Assembly: GCF_006345805.1 (NCBI RefSeq)
Contig: NC_043005.1
Location: 806,001-870,000 of the forward strand
From: Octopus sinensis
Taxonomy: Eukaryota
Length of the DNA: 64,000 nucleotides
Direction of reading: 5' to 3'
Positions 57,765 through 64,000 of the stretch are shown piece after piece. Each line of letters opens with the position of its first letter. Position 1 is the first letter of the stretch. The position numbers were made by a program, and so were the translations under genes. Below the pieces are notes generated by a model. The model was not told the origin of the DNA. It searched no databases and was given only the letters and a program-made list of their open reading frames with translations.

Positions 57765-57990
57765 GTCGAGGGGCTGGTAGAAACGTCAGCAAGCCGGGTG
57801 AAACGCTTAGCGGTATTGCGTCTGCCGCTACGTTCTGAGTTCAAATTCCACCGAGGTCGACTTTGCCTTTCATCCTTTCGGGGTCGATTAAATAAGTACC
57901 AGTTACGCACTGGGGTCAATATAATCGACTTAATCCGTTTGTCTGTCCCCTCTGTGTGTAGCCCCTTGTAGGCAGTAAAGAAATAAGATA
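57765..57990 (+). mobile_element. tRNA-derived SINE with full tail
   Basis: Head, body and tail tgtcccctctgtgtgtagccccttgtaggcagtaaagaaata. Confidence 0.85.
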
Positions 57991-58666
57991 TGTTGTTTCA
58001 GATATTCAAACGCCCACACTATTTTTAGACAAGCATTGTGAATCTTTATTTCTTTATTACCCACAAAGGGCTATACAAAGAATATTACATGGACAAACAC
58101 TAACACAAAGACAAACTCAGGGAACTTAGAAATACAAAAGAAGATGAAATAGAAATAGAAAAAATTAAAACAAACGAATGATAACATGAGAAGAATATAA
58201 AATGAGGCGCAATGCCCACTCGATCCTCGAAATCGAGTGGTTTCAGCATTGTGAATCTTAAAGGGTAGTCTGACAGGCGGCATATGTACTTTCCTGTTGC
58301 CGTACACCTGTAGAATTTGGTGGTAACTACAACAGAGACGAGCAGCGTGATACAGCAGTTAAACTGCATTTGTTGCGGATCATTAGTAAATAACTCTCGT
58401 CGGTATATTTGGAGTGACAATCACGCTTTGTAACGCTTCTCGGATGCAACAAACGTTAATCGCCATTACCCAGTAACGATTTCTCACAGTAGTTACGCGG
58501 TCGCACATTGGGTATTGAGTAATGTTGATTTCTTCGGGCATAATACACATATCGACCCCAGGGAGATAAAGGGTAAGGCTAACATAAAACTAAGGAAACT
58601 AAGGAAACTAAACACTCTAAAACATATTCACACCAGTGTTCTAATTCTTATGCTACTCTCTTTAAT

Positions 58667-59870
58667 TAAATAAAAAATAAAAATTTTTCCTCATGAAAAG
58701 CAGGAAACTTCAGTTAATGTGTCATTGCAGTGGTGTCTAGACGACCCGTTTGAATAATTGTTTTTCTTTTTTTTTAAAAAAAAAGCATGTAAATTTTTGT
58801 TACAGCTCTTTGTAGTTTCTAGCTTAACAACATCAAACACTAACGGAAAAACAGAAGAAAAGGAAAAATAAGAAAAAGGTTTTATTGAAATGAACTGAAT
58901 ACATCTCGTTGAAACTGATCAAACCCCGTAGGTAGGCGAAACTCTGCTTTGTGATGAATCTCACGTGACTCAACGACGTCTTTGACTGTCTGGAGCAGGA
59001 CATTGTAGCAATTAGAAAAGAGAAGGGGAAAAAAGACTGTTAATGTTACACTTCAAGCATATAATATGTTGTTTTGTGTGAGAGGGGAGAGAGAGAGAGA
59101 AAGGATCACTTTAGAGTCGACATGCCGAGAAATTCTGTTTCTCCCTTTCTTTCACTAAGAAATACTTATTAATTAATATGCGCCCAGTGACCGCCCATTC
59201 TCACCATAGAATACTTTTTCGTTGATATTTTTATTTTTAGGTATCTTTCGGTGTAAAACCCGGTTCTCTCATCACTGACTTGCTGTATTTATGCACGTCT
59301 CGCTATTTTCAAACTAACTATATTATTAAAATCTTCCCCTTTCAAAATAGCATGAAAGTTTACAATCAGATGATATTACAAAGATGAATTACATTGAGAT
59401 ATAATTTCTCTACATATTTTAATTAATTATTTATTTCTAGGTTTCTTTGCACCTCTTTCTTTTCTTTTTTTCCGCCGGCGAAGATCAGAATAATCTGCGA
59501 TTGTCTTCCGGTCATATTGGGAAATATTGATTACAGAATTTCAATTTTTTACCAAGAAATAATAGCGCAATTCCAGAATTTCTGTCTTATGGGAATAATT
59601 CTTTTGGATTCTAATTTGTTTGTATGAAATAATGTTCTACATCATAAATCTCACTTGGAAACGATTCTAAAAAATTTTTGATTCACGACTGGATAAAATA
59701 TTTAGGCCCCGAGCCACTGAATTAATTTTTTCAAGAAACTCATGATGAATCTACTTCTCTCAAAATATTTTTCTTTGTTGAAACCAATCATGAAACAAAC
59801 GCGACTTATTTCACAAAGCTAGCTGTTGTAACATACACCAAACTACTAATTTTACCAATCATTCTCCTAC
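58667..59870. repeat. Copy 2 of the near-identical 1.2 kb duplication
   Basis: See 43221-44457. Confidence 0.95.
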
Positions 59871-60895
59871 AATCACCTGTCATAGAAGACCTGTCTCATA
59901 TGGGATTACTTAATTGCCAAAGCTGAAATTTTTATCAATATCAGAACTTTCATCAAAAACGAATTTTGTTTAAAAAAAGTAAGCTATATAATAATTGTAG
60001 ACGCGAACTTCACCGTATTCCATGTGCAGCAAAATTCTTGTAAGTATAAAATATTTCAAACATTTTAACGTTAAAGTTTCTCTTTACGATTAATGTCAGC
60101 CGTGATCCTACTGACCCCAATATTTGAAAGATATAACTTGACCGTGGAAAGTAAAATGTGGCGATTCCTGAGTCTATATTTCTGCTTTCCCTTTACCAAC
60201 CAACAAGATGTTGGCCGGTGAAGGTGTATTAGGTTTTTTTTCGCATTCTTTCATTTTACGATCGGAGACTGAAAATAGAAAATTAGCGGAAGCAATCAAC
60301 ACTAAAAATTTTAATGAAAATATGAACTCTTCCAGTAAAACTTTGGTAAAAAAAACTTTTTCAAAATTGTTATTGCAGTATTTTAAAGCTTAGAATATCC
60401 TCCCGCAAAATTTCGAAATAAATGTTTAAAGTGGGGGGGGGGGAAGAAAAAGGGCGGAGAGGGAGACTATTTTTCGAGTATGTGTGTGACATTTGTCTTT
60501 CATCTGCTCGACACAGCTGAACACATTCGCTCATGACTGAATCAAGATATATTTCGTTGTTGCAAACAGGAATCCGAAGAAATATTAAAAGTAGCGGGGT
60601 GCCTCGTTTGACACATCCTCCGGGACATACCAGAATATCAATATTTCTAGTTTCAATTTGTGATCATAAACTGAAGGAATGTCTTTATATATATAAAGTT
60701 TTCTTTTTCATCTCACACTAGTTCAAGTATAAAAAGCGTCCAAAATGCTGAAAACGTTTCCTCTCAAACCATCTGTGATAAACAGTAAAAGTTTCGTTCT
60801 GGCAAATATAGTATAAGCTCCAGGACTCCACATTTCACTACTTTTGAAAGTGAAAATTGTGAAAGCAGGCAAGTGATAATTTTTTCTTTAAGGTG

Positions 60896-60935
<40 letters not shown>

Positions 60936-60984
60936 GAGGACGTGGTACATGCAAAGTATTAGCAGATGTTCAGGGAAGGAAAGA

Positions 60985-61410
60985 AATGCAGTTTTACGTT
61001 TCGAGCAAAGCTCTTCGTCTTGTTTCATTCTTTTACTTGTTTCAGTCATTAAACTGCACCCATGCTGGAGCACAGCCTTGAAAGGTTTTAGCCAAGCAGA
61101 TCGACTCCAGGACATAGCTTTTTAAAGTCTAGTATTTATTCTATCGGTTCTTTTGCCGAACGGCTAAATAACGGGGACATAAACACACCAACAGAGGTTG
61201 TCAAGTAGTGATGGCGGGTTTGGGGACAAAGACACACATAGACATATACGACGGACTTCTTTCAGTTTCCATCTACCAAATCCACTCACAAGACTTTGGT
61301 CGGGCCGAGGCTATAGTAGAAGACACTTCCCTAAGATGCCACGCAGTGGGACTGAACCCGGAAATTTGTGTTTGGGAAGCAAACTTCTTGCCTTACACCT
61401 TGCCTGCACC
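60985..61410 (-). mobile_element. CORE-like tRNA SINE
   Basis: Homologous to 13957-14367. Confidence 0.75.
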
Positions 61411-61544
61411 TATATATATGTGTGTGTGAACACACAAACACATCCTTTGGCTACAAATTAAAATGTTGCTGTTTATTTCATTGTGTTGAAGCCATTTACT
61501 CTAGCATTTAAGGGTTCAGTTCTCCGGGGAGGATGATTATGTAA

Positions 61545-61609
61545 GAATTAGCACTTCCTTCTCTAAGCTTTGATTTCGAATCCAAGCTTAGAGAAGGAAG
61601 TGCTAATTC
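61545..61609. repeat. Perfect 26-bp hairpin, extended by 4 more pairs after one mismatch
   Basis: gaattagcacttccttctctaagctt / aagcttagagaaggaagtgctaattc. Confidence 0.95.
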
Positions 61610-63180
61610 AATACATCAAGTTGTTTTGTAATAAATTAGAGATTTATTTTCACTACAATTATATCTTTTAAATTTAGTTGTTATTGTTTAATTTCACGTT
61701 TTTGCAAGCAAAATATATTTTAAAAATTTATTCGCCGTCGTCAACATTTTCATTGAAAGAAAATATACGCCCTCACCAAAATACAAAGAGCTAACTCTTT
61801 GGACTTTCATTATGGATACTTCGTTTCTTTAAAAACTTATTTTCCGTTGTTCGAATCACAGAAATATTTTGAAGTGTAAAATCTTGCGACTACTTGTTTT
61901 CCTTCTTAATGAATTAACGATAACTATTCTTCAACACAGATTTCACCAAACGAAATCATTCATACTAACAACTGGTTAACGAACGTCTAAGCGAAGACAT
62001 AAAATCGAGGATTGCTTTTGAAACATCCGATGGAACTTCTTTTTGTCGAATTCCTCCAATAAGTAGAAAGGCAACTAGAATTCTGAGTGTTTAGTAAGAA
62101 TGTCACAAACCTCGGCATTTTCGGTGATTCACATGTTGAGCACTTTACTTTCGCTTTTGATAGTTGAGCAGCTCATTCTGAATGGGATGTCGGAACTGTT
62201 TCAAGCTAAATCTACCTCTCACATACTGTGACGACAGAATGTTTTGTTTCATGCCTCGTCTGCCTGGATTTCGTATTTCTTTATCTGTGATGTCTTTGGT
62301 AATATTTTGTAGTTTTTATTTTGTTTCCCTTGTTTATTACAAAATTTCTTTGCTTTTGATTATATTCGTTTTCCACTTCAGTTTTGTTGGGATACGTATT
62401 GATATGTCTGTGATGCTGCTGACGTTTTTACTTTGTCCAAATCCATCACATTTATAAAGGCTTTTGTAGATAAACGGTGCTTCATGCTTTCAATAGTCTG
62501 AACGTTATTTCTTGCCATTCATTTTTATTGACAAAAGTGAAAGTAATGTTCTCATTTCAAAAATCGACAGAACAGTGGATGTGAATAAATGTGCTCTCAA
62601 TTATTATTTTCTACCACTATTATCGTTCACGCAGAAGTAGATGCAATCTATGAGGTTATATTCCACTAACGAGAACCACACCGATTTTCATAGGTGTCTT
62701 CTCTCAGGTCCTGAATTTCATTTCCATTTCACTTCTGTCTAACATGTTTGCTTGCGTTAAATTTTTGTTTATTGGATGAAATTTATCGTGAAGTGAAATA
62801 CCGTTGCTGTTGTGAATTATTCCGAATTTTACCTGATTTTTGTTTAGAAATTTGAATTTTTGTTCTTCATATATTTCAGCTTCGTTGTATTTGAAAGTAA
62901 ATTTAATTTGGGCGAAGTTTCGTTTGTCGCAGCACACGTTTCCGTCGATTTCCGTAAAAAACTTTTATTTTTTTACATATGGCTTTGCGGGAATATTTGA
63001 AGTAATGAGAGCGAAAGAGACTAACAGGAAGCGATTTTATGACGAGGGAATTTCTTTTTGAAGTCCCCGTGTGTGTGTTTGATGGGGTGTGGGAGACAGA
63101 CAGTATGTTGTGTAAGTGAAGTGCTTCTGTTAGTGTGTGCGAAGAGACAGAGAGAGTAATGTGTGAAAGAGAGAGATAAC

Positions 63181-63400
63181 TGAAATTTTTTACTCGGTGT
63201 ATGTATATGTATGTGTGTGTGTATCTATCTATGTATGTGTGTATGTATGTATGTGTGTAAGTATGTGTGTGTGTGTGTATGTATGTATGGCCGATTCAGT
63301 GTAATTTTTTACTCGGTGTATGTGTATATGTATGTCTGTGTGTATGTGTGTGTGTGTGTATGTATGTATGTATGGCCGATTCAGTGTTTACATTTTTTAC
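63181..63400. repeat. Tandem ~110-bp units of (GT/GTAT)n with a conserved spacer
   Basis: tttttactcggtgtatg and gtatggccgattcagtgt each occur twice, alternating with microsatellite. Confidence 0.75.
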
Positions 63401-63481
63401 GGAAATCGACAATCGACGGAAACGTGTGCTACGACAAACGAAACGAAACATTGCCTTAATTTGTAATAATAAAATCATTTC

Positions 63482-63946
63482 ACATAAGGGGGATCAGCCA
63501 TCTGAATGTGGCTAGGGTCAGGGCGGGGTGGTGGGGGTGTTACTGATGCATTTAGCCCCAGGCGAACATCAACGTCACCAGAAGAGCTGACACCATCTCG
63601 GTGTCCTTGCCAGCCTGCAAAGGGAGATCAGCCTCCCCGAAGATACGGATACTACACACGGACCGGTTTCGAGGTTATTGCCTCTTGTCAACGTATGGTA
63701 AGCACCGCTCTTCGTTGAGGGACTCTCTCTACAGGCTGGATATATAGATTTTCACAGTAACCACAGTCACTGGCGTAGAAAATCCGTTCGAAAACAATAA
63801 CAAATCTCTGAGCGAGATATAAACAGTAACTGCTCTATAACATAAGGGGGATCAGCCATCTGAATGTGGCTAGGGTCAGGGCGGAGTGGTGGGGGTGTTA
63901 CTGATGCATTTAGCCCCAGGCGAACATCAACGTCACCAGAAGAGCT
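63482..63946. repeat. 107-bp direct repeat (63482-63588 and 63840-63946), 358 bp apart
   Basis: acataagggggatcagcc...caccagaagagct occurs twice with one mismatch. Confidence 0.95.
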
Positions 63947-64000
63947 CATTTCAGTTTCACGAAAATGAAAGTGATGTTGGAGTCTCAAGTATCACCGAAG

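Noticed and set aside
58071-58420. Two overlapping minus-strand ORFs near the duplicated block
   Set aside because: No recognisable domain, and the C-terminal parts are low-complexity T-rich sequence. Not supportable as CDS.
63540-63580. Hammerhead- or HDV-like motifs (ctgatgc...ggcgaac...gtc)
   Set aside because: It lacks GAAA and stem I for a hammerhead, and lacks P3/L3 and P4 for an HDV fold.

Overview
Repeat-dense, AT-rich eukaryotic DNA. The SINE and RTE families look like those of Octopus; this is an inference from recognised repeats. I found no intact host protein-coding gene. Main contents: (1) a full-length, nearly intact Helitron (34246-40332, minus strand) with both termini visible, inserted in (TA)n; (2) at least 11 copies or fragments of one RTE LINE family that has a PHD-like finger after the RT core and a tandem hairpin 3' UTR, two of which form a ~2.1 kb inverted repeat; (3) a degraded Penelope-like element (RT plus GIY-YIG); (4) Gypsy, Tc1, mariner, Merlin, R4 and L1/Tx1 remnants and many tRNA-derived SINEs; (5) a decayed single-exon host gene for tandem beta-propeller (NHL-like) modules (20690-25224, minus); (6) a near-identical 1.2 kb promoter-like duplication 15.4 kb apart; (7) two isolated perfect 26-27 bp hairpins. 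Most listed ORFs are artefacts of microsatellites or antisense frames of TEs. Coordinates were read by eye, and those of degraded elements are approximate.
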